The notes under the pieces: model-generated
What the model was told of the DNA's origin: nothing
The model's input: the letters and a program-made list of their open reading frames with translations, nothing else
Databases searched by the model: none
Origin: Nemertoderma westbladi
Lineage: Eukaryota; Animalia; Xenacoelomorpha
DNA length: 64,000 nucleotides
Direction of reading: 5' to 3'
NCBI GenBank assembly: GCA_032718475.1
Contig: JAUCBJ010002964.1
Coordinates: forward strand, 5,551 to 69,550
Position numbers and translations under genes: made by a program
Shown here: in pieces, positions 12,440 through 25,299 of the stretch
Layout of the letters: each line of letters starts with the position of its first letter
Position numbering within the stretch: the stretch's first letter is position 1

Positions 12440-13118
12440 ATGCTATCTTCCCGGTGAGAAGATAGCATCCACCTCTAGTGCGCTACAATTCCGCTGGATC
12501 CCGATCTAGTATCGGGTGTGGGGTGGGATTATTTTCTCTCGGAGCCGGCTTCCCAGGCCGCTCCCTGTGGGTATGATAATGCTACCCCGTTTGTCTGGCG
12601 TCCCGTGTCGGGCCGATCGTGCGCTCTTCCCACACGACTTTTGTTTCCCCAACACCTTCGCCCTAACTCTCCTCCACTCTCACCCTAACTCTCGCATACT
12701 CCCGGACCTCCTCGTCCCACACTCCTCCTCTCACTTCTCCCCCCCCCCACACTTGAATTGCGCCCACGCTCTCTTCGCACTCCACACTATCACCCTTTTC
12801 TCGACCCCTCCTCTCACTCACTCACTCCTCCTGACGAATCTCACCCCCCCTCCTGTGCCGTCGCACTCAAGAAGTGTGAAATCGTCTATTGTCTCGTCCA
12901 TAGTGCCATAGTCAGTTGGCCCCCAATCCCAGTAGCTAATTGAGAAAGGTTGTATGACTATAGTACTTACTTCGAATATGTATATTTCATTACTAGATTA
13001 CTGATTGCTACGTACGTACATACAAATTGCACTTATTTGATTATTTACATTATTTGAATTTGTATTTAAGAGTTCGCACGTTTCGCGTGGTGCCTTCCAG
13101 GCATGTTACACCAAAGTC

Positions 13119-15674
13119 TTAGTTCGTTCCACCAGCCTTTGGGAACCACCTCAAGTCTTTCCCTTTGCCGTCCTCCTCCCTGGGTCGTTTCCTGGTCACT
13201 GCCGCTCCTCTGGGATCTGCTTTCTGTCTTCGGACTCTCGCCGCCACCTCCTTACTGATCCCGGTCGTCGACTCCTTGGGTGCCGATGTTATCAGCTCCC
13301 GATATCGCTTCGCGGGTGGCCCCTCCGAGTGGCCCTGTTGTCTCCCCCTGGTGGCGTCCCATAAGATCATCTTCATTGCCCGCAGCACATGCTCCGCCAA
13401 GAAATCCCTAAACTCTCCTCTGGTCTGTGGCGTCCACCTATGCAAATACCTCTGCGTATTTATCACTCCGGCATATGATGCCGCCGTCGCCACTTCCTGG
13501 TAGGTAAACGGAAGCCTCCGTTTGATAATCTCCATGTGAGCCTCCTGATTGATGTTAAAGAAGCCCCACCGGAACTCCTGGGCCTTCATACGTTGCTGAG
13601 TCATCGCCCCGACGTCGGCCCACTCCTCAAAGATCCTGAACTTCTCTTCGTCGTCCATCCAGTCGCACTGGCGTCCGTAATGTCCCCGAAAGTTACATTT
13701 CGAACATCGGTTATGCAACCGTGGACACGCTCCCATCCTGTGGCTCGACTCGCGGCAATAGAGACAGCTAGTCCCTTTCTGGAACCGGTACAAACAGCTC
13801 CTTTCCTGGTGGGTCTGTCTCCCACAGTAATCGCAGCCGAGTACCAATGTCTCCCGCCCCAGGTCGTCTTTCGTCCCAAGCGATCTCCGCGGTCTGTGGA
13901 GTCGCTGGTAAGCGAACTTCCGGACGTTAGTGTCCCTATCTACGTCGATCTCCTCGCCCCTCTCGGGCATCGTCTCCCCGAATACTACCCGTGGTGCCGT
14001 CCCCGGTTGCTCGCCCAACCTGATAGTGCTCCCCGCGAAATCCATCGCCGGCTCCTCGTGCACCCAGGCCCGCTTGCCGGGTCTATCCCAGAAGGCCCTC
14101 GCCCCACTGGCCGTCACCACCCTCCCGCCAACCCAGTCTGTGTCCGAGTGGCCTATCCTCCCGATGGGCGGCATCTCTCCGAACTTGTCGTCGTCTTCGT
14201 CCTCCTCTGGCAGTGGCTCCAACTCCGGTATCCCGGTGGACCCACTATGTCCCTTCCCGCCTTGGCTCTTGCCCGTAGCTCTCCATTCCTCTAGCTCCCC
14301 TAGCTTCCTTAGCGGCTGATCGCCTTCGGCGCCCGCTGGTATGGGCATCGCTTGCAATCCCGACATCGACTGTTTCGGTGATCCCACCGTCCATCCCAGT
14401 TCTCGCCCTAGAGACTCCCTGACGAAGTCCAACGAAGTTTGTCTAAGCCCGCCTGTTCCCCGAAGCCGTAGCTCTGCGCCCTAGCTTCCTCCTCCCTTTC
14501 CTCTGCTTCTCTCCTCTCCCATCTAGCGACTTCTTCCAGTCGCTTCGCCTCTCGTCTATCCGTCTCTAGCTGCTCCCATCTCTGATACGGCGTATCTATC
14601 TCCCCGTCTACCAGATGTCGGCTGTTGTAGTACACCGACTCGCCCTTCAGCCCCGGGTGGTCTACCAGACCCTCGAAAGCCGTCTTAAAGGCTCTTCTGT
14701 AGTTTAGGGGTGATCCCGATAATAGGAATGCCGCCGGTTCCCTCTCGATAACCACGGTCATGAATAGGTTAAGCAAACCTATCATTATCCAGTCCTCCTG
14801 CAGGATATATCACTTCTGATATACCTTTATCGCTCCTCTTCGGAATTGATACACCTCTTGTTTTCCCGGCCTTGCTCCCCACTTCAGCGAGTTCGCTAAT
14901 TCTGCTCCGTACTCTTCTCTGAACTTCCCCCAGTCCATTGGTTTGTGACACACGAGCCCCAATAGCTGGCCCATCGCCACCGCTCCGCAATGGCCTGTTT
15001 TCTCGACTAATCCCAATCCGTCTGGTGCTGTCATAGCCATGTAGACCGTCTGCATGTCCAGGAGGTTGGGGGTGTCCGGACCGATGATTCGCTCCGCGTC
15101 ATTGCGAATCGCCGATCCCACCTTCGTTGTCAACTTCTCTCTCACTAGGACTTGCACCGCCCTCAGCAGCCGGTTTAACTTCGGCCCGTCCTTCTTCCCA
15201 TAGGTTCCCAGGTCGAATAGGAAAATATCCCCATTTGGCGCGGCCAAATGTAGGAGTATGGTTCTGGCCGATCCCGCCGATCCTCTCCTCGAACCCTCCT
15301 CGTCTTCCACGGTCCCTTTGTCGTCTAGGATCATGTATCCTCCCCTGTTGACGGACTCTATGAACCTCTTCCAATCTTTCCTCGGCGACTCTCTCGCGTA
15401 CTTCGGAATCCCGAACTTCGCCTCGTCCCCTTTCACCACGTAGTGGCAATGCTGGAAGATTGCGTTGTCCAGCGACGGCGTCCCGTAGGTCCCGACCAGC
15501 CGCTGTTCATGCACCTCCCTGAAGTGGTCCTGCAGCACTCGCGCTGCGTGACCCTTTTCCAACCGCTCGTAGTATCCCCTTGTCCTCTCTTCTGGATGCC
15601 TCTTGGTGAAATCCACCAGTGGTCTCCTTTCCTCCTGACTCCGCCTTTCTCTTCCTGATCAGCTTCCCTGCCAT
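13119..15674 (-). pseudogene. Accessory ORF of element 1: DEDDy (RNase D/WRN/EXD-like) 3'-5' exonuclease-like domain, coiled coil, three CCHC zinc knuckles; disrupted
   Basis: Pieces 14810-15616 and 14408-14785 are in frame across one TGA; a frameshift leads into 13119-14432. Motifs ILDDKG, LLHLAAPNGDIFLFDL, KVGSAIRND, NLLDMQ, LLGLVCHKP, YQK*YILQE, then CDYCGRQTHQERSC / CLYCRESSHRMGAC / CSKCNFRGHYGRQC. Confidence 0.75.
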
Positions 15675-16174
15675 TTCGAACTCTCCCGATCGCTCACCTA
15701 TAAGGTGGTGCCTTACCAAGGCGCAATATAAGTGAGTGATGTAGCTAGGATGGTCTGTACAGTCCGATAATGGCCTATCTCTCTCTGAAATGCTAGGTTA
15801 TTGCCGAATTTTCTTACTTTTATTTTCTAAGGTGCCAAATTTCCTAAATTCCCTAATTTTGTCCGTTACTTTAATTATGTTCCAGAATTTCTTTATTACT
15901 GTTACCATAATTTGTTCTCTTAGCCCTATTTTATTTTTAATATTTTATTTTTAATTCGATCTTAATTCTACCGTCCTACTACTTACTATTGCCTATGGAT
16001 TATTCTATTTTGTAATCCACATTCTGGCCTACTCTATGGGCCTGTGCAGTACGACAGTATGCGTCGCGTGGCCTACACGATTTATCCAGCTGTACTCACA
16101 TGCCCCCCTCTCGCTACTCACTACTGACTAATATCTATACTATATATACCCTTCTACCTCTATCTCTTACTAAC

Positions 16175-16705
16175 TAGCACTACGTACTTTCTTACTAACT
16201 TCTAACTCTCTCTAACTAACTAACTAACGGTACTACGTACCCTCTAACTCTTGCTCTCTCTAACCAATGGTACTACGTACCCTCTTACTACTCTAACTCC
16301 ACTAACTAACGGTACTGCGTACCCTCTTGCTAACCTCTAACTCCACTAACTCTCTCTACTAACTAACGGTACTACGTACCCTCTTACTAACCTCTAACTC
16401 CACTAACTCTCTCTACTAACTAACGGTACTACGTACCCTCTTACTAACCTCTAACTCTTCTAACTCCACTAACTCTCTCTACTAACTAATGGTACTACGT
16501 ACCCTCTTACTACTCTAACTCCACTAACTAACGGTACTACGTACCTCCTAACTAACTAACTAACTCTAACTTTTGGTACTACATACCTCCTAACTAACTA
16601 ACTAACTCTAACTTTCGGTACTACGTACCTCCTAACTAACTAACTAACTAACTCTAACTTTCGGTACTACGTACCTCCTAACTAACTAACTAACTCTGAC
16701 TCTAA
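16175..16705. repeat. Tandem array inside element 1 (CTAA-rich units with GGTACTACGTACC core)
   Basis: About ten variable-length units between the pol stop and the accessory ORF. Confidence 0.9.
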
Positions 16706-16813
16706 TTTTTTTATTTATTTATTTTTATTTTGTGTGTGGGAAGGGCGTCTCACCCTCAATCCCACCCCCCTCAGTCCAAAACTTGGACGACTAAACTTCT
16801 CTCTAACTCCATT

Positions 16814-19800
16814 CTAAGGTGCCCCTTCTAGTAGACAGCACTTCCCTACAGCCCTCCTGTAGGTTTTTCTGTCTTTCGCACCTATCTTGCCACTTATCCA
16901 CACTTCTACCGATCGGACTCTTCCATCCTCATCGGAGTAAGTTCCCACAACTCTCGCCAACCGCCACTGGTTGTTGATGATGGTATCATCCGTGACGATC
17001 ACGAGATCCCCCTCTCTTAACTCTCTGTTCGTGTTCCTCCACTTGCTTCTTCTGTGAAGTGTGGGTAGGTATTCCTCAACCCACCTCCTCCAATACTCTG
17101 CGCTTATCGCCTTAGCGACTTTCCAACTCTGGCGGGAGTGTATGTCATCTGGGTCTACACCCCGCATATCGATAGTCGCTGGCCTTTCCATTAGGAAATG
17201 GTTGGGCGTCAGCACGTCTAGTGACTCAGGGTCGTCATTCTCCAGATATAGCGGTCTGCTATTAATGATACCCTCACACTTCGCAAGTACTGTTCTCAGC
17301 ACGTCTTCTGTAACCATGTGGGTGTTCATCAACTTCGTCATGAGACGCTTCGAACTACCCACGAGTCTCTCGACGCATCCTAGGGTATGCAGTGCATACG
17401 GCGTCCTCCGCTCCCACTTTACTTGTCGTCATCTCATGGCTGCCCTGACTTCCTCCCCTCCCAGGATGTCCAAGGCCTCTGCCATCTCGTTCTCCGCTCC
17501 CACAAAGTTGGTTCCAATGTCGGAGTATATTACTGCGATCGTCCCACCTTTGCGTTCTCTAAACCTTTCTAAGGCATTAATGAATGCCGATGCGGTTGCA
17601 TCTTGGGTGAGTTCTATCCCTACCGCCCGCGTGTTGTTACATACGAAGATAATACCGTAGCGTTTCTCCGTGTGCCGCATCACCTTGATCTTTATTGGCC
17701 CGAACATGTCCACACCTCAATGCGTAAATGGCGGGTCGTGATGTCTTACCCTACTCGCCGGTAGTGGTGCCATCTCCTGTATGGCTCGCTCCTTCTTCGC
17801 TCGCCGGCAGGTTTGGCACTGCCCCACTACCGCTTTTACCTTCTTCCTCAACTGTTTGACCCAAAAGGTCCTCCTTATCTCCATGAGGGTTCGGTTGGTG
17901 CCCCCGTGCAATATCGACTTGCGGGAGTCCCAAATAATCTGGTGGACTATCGGTGATGCTGTGGGGATGATGATGGGCTTTGGTGGTACGATGATACTGT
18001 TGTTGTATCCCACCCTAGAGTTCATTACTAGAATCCCGTCATCATTGAGTTGTGGTGACAGCGTGATTAGCTTGCTGTCCCGTCGGAGATGCTGCTGTTT
18101 ACCGACGCGTTCCACCTCGTCGCCATAGTTCTTCCGTTGTTCATAGCGGATGACTGCTTTGGCCGCTCCTTCCAGATCTATTGTTGTCGTAGTCTTTACG
18201 CCTTTGCCAACCCCCGCGAGGAAATTCCCGAAGGCTCTCCAATACGCCACTAATTTCTTGGTCTTGTACCAACTAGAGCTGTAGCTGAGGAGTTTATCCG
18301 TCGGGTTATCGCACAGTTCTCCTGGTTTTGGTTGCACGTCCCTTATCTCCCTCACCATCTGGGAGTATATCTCTTCTCCCTCCGAATCTCCCTCTTCTCC
18401 CTCCAATACTGCTTCTCCTGAGCCCAGGTCCACCTTTCTCATCGGCGGCCAGGCCTCCTTGTCGCTCAGAAACTGTGGCCCGTGTTGCCACAATGCTTCC
18501 CTTTTTAAGAAAGTGTGGCGTGCCACGCCCCTCGATAACAAGTCCGCTGGATTCTCGTCCGTTGGGCAGTAGTGCCACCTTTCTAATTCTGTGGTCGCCC
18601 TTATTTCATCCACCCTATTTGCGACGAATATAGTGTATCTCGTCCTCTCGTTATGTAACCAGCCAAGTACTACCACGGAATCCGTCCAGTAGTGTGTCTC
18701 CACTATGTTGGGAATAGCGTCCATTAAGTAGGCTGTGGCCCTAACTCCTAGTCTCGCTGCTGTTAACTCGAGCTTCGGAACTGATGCTGAATCTGGTGGC
18801 GTCGACTTCGCCTTGCTGAAGGCAAGTCTGGGCTTGTGAGGCCCCTCTCGTTGTACTAAATAGAGTGCCACTCCGTATGCCTCTAGTGACGCATTGGAGA
18901 ACATGTGCAGATCCAGGTTCGTCATGTCCCCATCCGGGAAATACACTCGTGGCATGCTGTATGTTCCCATATGCTCCAAACCTTCTGTCCACTTACACCA
19001 CCGTTTCCTGATCTCTTCTGGTACCTCTACGTCCCACTCATCCTTAAGTTTGTATACTTTCTTAAGTATCTGTTTCCCTGTGACTAGTAGTGGGGATGCT
19101 AGGCCTAGGGGATCGTATATCCTTGCTATATACGACACATAGCCCCTCTTTGTGTGGATGTCTGCGCCCTCCTGGCTCAACTGGTACTTCAGTTCATCAG
19201 TCTCTCTGTTCCACACGATTCCCAGTGCCTTCTGTTGAGACTCTATTCTCTTGTTCGCCATGTCCTGCCCCTTTGCTGTTGTGGGATTATCCATGGTCGA
19301 TCCTGGTCTCTCATCTTTTATCGCCTTGATAAATTCCTTCGAACTGGATTGGAATTTGGTTAGGTTGAAGCCGGATCCTTTAAGGATGTCGCGAACCTCG
19401 CGCCCTGTGTCCGGTAGCTCCTTAACCGTATTTCCAGACTCCATCCCGTCGTCTACGTAGAAGCCGCGTCGAATCATATCGACGGCTCTAACACTGTATT
19501 TATCTTCCTTTCCCTTTACTGTGTCTCTTACGGCCATAGTCGTCGTAAATGAAGACGACTTGGCTCCCATATTCTGTACTATCATCTTGTACATCGGTAT
19601 TGTCGACGGTTCCACGTCGCCGTTGTACCATAGGAAGCGTTGACTGTCAATATCCTCTTCCGTCACACGGACTTGGTTGAACATGCCTTCTATGTCACAG
19701 GTGAAGGCGTGTTTCCCATTTCTAAATCTAAGTAGGACCTCTATCCCTGAGTTGTATATGTTGGGACCCTCTAGCAGATAGTTGTTTAGGCATTTTCCAT

Positions 19801-20749
19801 TGGTCTTTGCCGACGCGTCCACTACCATCCGCAGCTTACCTTTCTTTGGATCTAAAGCCATGTGGAGTGGCAGGTAATATGTCCTGTCCGTGTTCAGTTC
19901 GTCGACCGGTAACTCCACGGCCCATCCTTTCTCGACGTACTTTCTGATTGTCTTGTGGATGTACTCATTCTTTTCGGGGCTCCGTTTTAACGTCTGTTTC
20001 AACTTACGAAGCCTCGTGAGCACCATCCCTTTATTATCGGGCAGTGGTAGCTTTGGTAGCTTCCATACCATTCCTATGGTATACCGCCCCTCTTCGCATC
20101 TCATAGACTCCTCTACGCTCTGCTGGGCCTGCTTGTCTTCTACCGAGGTCCCGACCCCGGTTTCCTTTAGCCCCTCAAAATCCTGTCTGAGCAGTCTCTT
20201 GAGCTGTTCCTCCGCTCTCTCATCCTCTATTTCTTGCTTGGTTCCCGCGAACATGCATCCCGATGTCTCCGACATCCTAAATGGTATCTTACTCTTAATT
20301 GGGCCGCTCAGTGTCCACCCGAACGGTGTTAATATGGCCACCGGGTCACACTGCTTGTCTTCGCCGAAGACCATTTGCATTCTTTCGTGGGCCGTCGGGC
20401 AGTCCATTCCTACTATGATGGATACTTTCCTAACGTCCACCTCTGGGATTGAGAAGTCGATATCATCCAGGAATTTATATTGTTCAACCTCGATGTTGGT
20501 TGGCCGCCTGGCATTGATATTTATTGACTCTATCACTTGGATGGGGTTGATGGTCGCCCCGTAGTCGCATCCCGGTGCCACCGCTGCAATTGCACACCGT
20601 CCGGTCCTCATCTCCAGGACCTCATCTTTGCTAGAGATTGTTGTTACCCCCATTCTACTTGGCCTCGTTCTCAATCCTATCTCTTCGGCCACCCAATTTT
20701 CGATTAATGTGAAGGCAGCTCCACTATCGACCAGCATCAGTGTGGTCAC
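16814..20749 (-). pseudogene. pol: pol of element 1 (aspartic protease, RT, RNase H, integrase) with in-frame stops
   Basis: LVDSGA (PR); YYLPLH, RMVVDAS, DIEGMFNQV, FYVDDG (RT); YDPLGL, HMFSNAS (RNase H, catalytic D>N), PKLEL, WTDS, NPADLLSRG; DMFGP, SDIGTNF, INSRPL, LTPNHFL (IN). Track ORFs 17717-20749, 17429-17713 and 16814-17362 share one frame, split by TGA codons. Confidence 0.95.
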
Positions 20750-23700
20750 TTATCGATTGCCTTCTCCAATCACCCGCACTGGTACTACCCCAAGTAGCAC
20801 CGTTCCTCTCTTCTTCGCCCCTACCGTGCTCGTTGCCATCGTTTGGCCTTTGCTTTGACCGAACTTAATTGGCGTCTCCTTGCATTGCCTGGCTCTATGC
20901 CCACTCATCACACATCGCGAGCAGATCTCGTTTCTCGCCGCGTATTCTACCTGATCTTCCCTGGGTAGCGCTTGCCAGTACCTGCAGTTCATGGTTTGAT
21001 GAAGCGCATTTGTATGTAGCTGGCATTTGCTCTTTGGGTTGTAGCTGTCCTTGTACAGTGCATTGCGTATCGCAGTTGCATTTGCACCAAAGTCCCTACT
21101 ATTCTTATTGTTTGGGTTCGGCGTACTGGTCGTACTGGGGTTGTATTTATTTGTGTTGTTATCTTTCCCCTGTCCGCTCCATGATGTGGTCTTACCCCCG
21201 GCTACCTGTGGACTTGCAGTCCCCTGCGTCGCTGCGTATGGCAGTGATTGCCTGAGCTTTGGTAATGCGTTTGACGTGTTGTGTTCTGGTTTCGGCCTAT
21301 GGTAATCGGTTCTTGATCCCTTTCTCAGGCTGTCCTCACTATAGACTGGGTCGGTTATTAATTCGGCTTCGTAATTTAAGAAGCTCGACATTTCTTCTAA
21401 ACCCGGTTCCGCACCCTTCCTATCTCGAGTGGAGAAAGCGATTTTCCTCCACTTGTTGCGCAGCCATATCGGTAGTGCCTGCGCTATCGTGGTGATGTTG
21501 TTGGACGCGTTGAGTTCATATGGCGCGTCTAGCGTTTTTAGCACGATTAGCGCCTTCTCAACTTTGTTAGCGAATGTCTTTATGCTAAAGGGGTTATCCT
21601 GTAGGCCACCCGATGTTATGCCCCTCAGGGTTTGCCGGATGATCTTGGCCGGGTGCCCGTATTCCCTGTCCAGTGCCCGCCATGCCATCGTGAAGCCGCC
21701 CTCTATGCCCTGGTATTGCCTCACGATGTCGTATGCTGGGCCTCCTGTGTATACTTGCAGATATTTTAGGCACTCCGCCTGCGTCAAGTTCTTTGTTGGT
21801 ATTTCGTTACTATACATGCGCCGAAACTGTAGATATTCTTCCGGCCTGCTCCCATCGAATTTGAATGGTTCCACGGGTGGTAGCTCGATCCTAGTTTTTA
21901 GCGCATCGATTAACGTGGCCATTCCCATCGCCTGCGCTTCCAATGGGTTCGATGGATGTTGCATAGTTTCTCCTGTTGGGTGCGGTCCGTCCGTCCTATT
22001 TTCTGCCCTCCTCTGGCTTGGGTATATCATTGGGGGTAGCGGCCCCCTCCATACTTCTGTGTCGCATGATCTATTTTTATCCAAGGGGTTCGTTGTTCTT
22101 ACTCCTGTCAGGGTATATTGTTGATATTGTGATGGGGGAATGTCACCCTGCCCCCCCCCCCCCCCCCCCACCGGTATGTTTGGTACTGGGGTTGATGTTA
22201 ATATATTGGGGCCCATGCATCTATCCGCAATAATTCCCCCCTCTCCTGGGTATATGTTATGTCCTTGCATGCTGTAGTCATACTGCTGTACTGGTACCGG
22301 TATAGGCCTATCAGCTTCTGGCCTGCCTACCGGTATGTATTCCGCGACCTCCGGGTTTAATCCTGTCGTCCGCGCTATCCTATCGCCTACATTATTTCTG
22401 CCAGCATGGCCTATAGTATGTGCAGTAAGGCCTACAGTATGTCCTACAGTCTGTATGTGTTGCTCGGGATCGAAGTTTATTCTTCTCGAGTAATCCTCCC
22501 CACGGCTACAGTATTCTCGATCGGTAGGTAGATCCCGTTGGAAAGTTTCTCTTCGACCCCCTCTACTGCTCTCGTCCTCGTACCGGTACATCCAGTACAC
22601 CCCTCTCTCGACGCGTAGTGCGCCTCATCAGTTCGCGTTTCTCCGGGACGACGGCAATCTCCCGAAGTTCGACCCCACCGACTCTCCCTTTCCATCTCGA
22701 CTACCGACGGCTCGCTATCCGTCCTTGCTCTCCTATTGTTCGCGGCGATACTTCTCCAACTGTCTTCTCTTCTTCTCTTCTTCTCTTTTCAGTGCAGTGT
22801 TCCCTTCCGTGAGATCTCTCGTCGACCTCCCGGTTAAACTCCACTGTTCTTCTTCCCTCTTCTGATCGGGCTCGACGCTTCGTCCGCCCTCTCGTGACGT
22901 CAATCTGGTCAATCGCAATCCCCCTATTACTCTCCGTCGCCGGGTGTTGCGGTTTACCTAATTCGGCCCGCACATTATCCGCCGATGCCTGTGGGACACT
23001 CTCTGCCCCCCCCCCTCTCGCCGCTAACCTGTTGCTGTGGGGTTCCCGTAGTCCCCCCCCACTCGCCACTAACTTCCCGTTGTGGGGCTCCTGCAGCCCC
23101 CCCCCCCCCCACTCGCCACATATCACACCGCTACCTCTTACTCCACTTCTACACCCCTCTCCAGTCGACACAACGTTTCTACTGCGGCTAGGTCTACTCA
23201 CCCCCGCCTCTCTCTCTACTACTACCTGGCCTCTTTCGGGTTGGCTCAACCCCGCCACCTCCTGCCTACTAACTACGTGGCCTGCCAGGCCGCCGTCGGG
23301 TTGACTCAACTCCGCCACCTCCTGCCTACTAACTACGTGGCCTACCAGGCCGCCACCTGTCGTGTTATACACGTCCGACGCGTCCACATTAATAGCACCA
23401 CCGGTATTGCCATCAGTTAGATCAATTAAGTCTTCTAACTCAATTAAATTATTTTGTGCACCCAAATTAGAAATGGAATTATTTTGTTCGTTTGAAATAA
23501 GATTATTTGAATTATGTTGTGTGGCTACGTTATTTGAATTATTTTGTAAATTCGAATTTGGGTCATTATTTAAATTATTTGGATTATTTTGCGTAACTAC
23601 GTTATTTGAATTATTTCCTACATCAACATTAGAATCGTTCGGATTTAAATTTAAATTACTACCACTAGGTAAAATATTTCCTGCAATAAAAGTTTGGTTA

Positions 23701-25231
23701 GAATTATCCAATACGGTACTATTAATATTAACGTCGCCTACTCTAGTATTATTATTACCCCCCCCCCCCCCCCCCCGCCCGTACGGTCACACCAGTCTCG
23801 GGTTTGTCGTGCGGTCCCTGTAAGTGGGGTATTAATAAATGTTTCCACGACCCCTGGTTCCTCATAAACACTCGAGCCAGCCTCACTCTCCGACAATCCC
23901 ATCCGCGCCAACTCCAGTTTGCGCTTCTGTCTAGTTTGGTACTGTATAAGCCCACTTAAACGCGTATGTAAATCATCCCGCACACGCTGCCCCTGTTCCA
24001 TTCTCTCCTTATTTTCCCGCGTGCTCTGCTCGGCCAGTTCCCTCTCTCTTACAACTCTCTTCATTCGTCTCGCCTCCCTCGCTACCTCACGCTCTTTACG
24101 TTCCGCCTCGCGCTCTTTACGTTCCGCCTCGCGCTCTTTACGTTCCACCTCGCGCCTTTCACGTTCACTCTCCTCTCTCGCCTCACGCTCTTTACGTTCA
24201 CTCTCCTCTCTCGCCTCACGCTCTTTACGTTCACTCTCCTCTCTCGCCTCACGCTCTTCTTGTTCCTTCCTTCCTATTTCTTCACACTCCCTAAAGCTTC
24301 TCGCGGCCTTCTCGGCCCTCTCTCCGGTCTCTCTAACCAGTTCCATTTCCTTCTCTAATAGCGCTCTCCCCTCCTCTAACTGTCTCTCTACTTCTCTCTG
24401 GCCTTGCGCTATCAGATCGAGATGGTACACCGCATTTATTTCCCTCACCCGTCTTTCTTTTGCGGAGGATGTAGCAGACTTATTGGTTGTGATGGATTCC
24501 CTCTGCCTTCCCGTTCTACTAACTTTCCCCCTCCTCCCGGAACTTCCTCCGACCGACGAGACCGAATCCTCGGGGTTAACCTCGGATTCGCCCTCCTCAG
24601 GTCTCCTCCAACCCACTAATTTTGCTCCCCGGGCATCGACTAAGTATGGCCCTATGTACACTACACTAGGCTGCATACCCCTACACTCCCATAGATCATG
24701 CAGTTCGCTGGCAACCCCTCTCGCTCTGTCCTCGGCTAGTTCTCTCTGCCTAAAGCGCAGTAAATAGTTAAAGTGTTCGTTCGACTCACCTAGTCTTTTC
24801 TTTAACTTTACCTCGCCTACTTTCGCCCCTCCTTTGGCCTCTTTAAGTAGTTTCCGGGTCGCGTTGTAGGCCCGTTGAAGTCGATCGCTGACCCCAACGT
24901 CCTCATTGCCGACCTCTCCTCCATCTCTCCGGGTCCGGCGTCGTACCGTCGGCCCCACCGTCGCCGTTCCGGTGGGCCACCCGTCGCCCTCAGCCTGTGG
25001 CTGGCCGGCGACGTTAGTATGTTGACCCTCACTCCGTGCCGACTCGTCTTTCTCCTCTCCCGTCTCGCTTTCTCCTCGTAGACGGTCCCCCACATCTTGG
25101 TTCGCCGGGTCGTTCGTCGTCGGTGTGGCGTTGACCGGCGTCGTGGGCCTATATCGTCTCATCGCGGCCTCGCGGATCGTTAGGTCTCCGTCCGGGGTCC
25201 GCGGCGGTGTCGTCTCCCTCCCTTGGCTCAT
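20750..25231 (-). pseudogene. gag: gag of element 1 (long low-complexity N-terminus, Bel/Pao capsid-like region, Cys/His knuckles); frameshifted
   Basis: ORFs 23738-25231 (contains PEDSVS and E/R coiled-coil repeats), 22701-23711 and 20750-22600 (FKFDG...Y..F, L...YG, LP.WLRNKW, CQLH..H....C, CSRC..GH....C); in frame with pol across a single TAA. Confidence 0.88.
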
Positions 25232-25245
25232 CTTTGTACTTTAGA

Positions 25246-25299
25246 TTGGTGGCTGGTAGTCACTGTTTAACTAGGGGCGGCAGCTTGGGTTTTAATCAC
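25246..25299 (-). other. Non-canonical primer-binding region of element 1, complementary to its own LTR
   Basis: The RNA strand after the LTR end reads GTGATTAAA...CCCTAGTTAAAC...CACCAA with no TGG; complementary segments lie in the LTR at 25478-25486, 25499-25510 and 25523-25528. Confidence 0.75.

Noticed and set aside
13165-14319. Plus-strand ORFs 13165-13503, 13536-14294 and 13930-14319
   Set aside because: Antisense shadows of the GC-rich accessory ORF; no motifs.
20747-20752. Programmed stop read-through between gag and pol of element 1
   Set aside because: The TAA falls just before the protease active site, element 2 is open at the same place, and this copy has several other nonsense codons; simple decay is more likely.
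17061-24767. Many plus-strand ORFs of 100-280 aa over gag-pol of element 1
   Set aside because: Antisense shadows; the Ser/Leu/Arg-rich translations mirror the coding-strand repeats.
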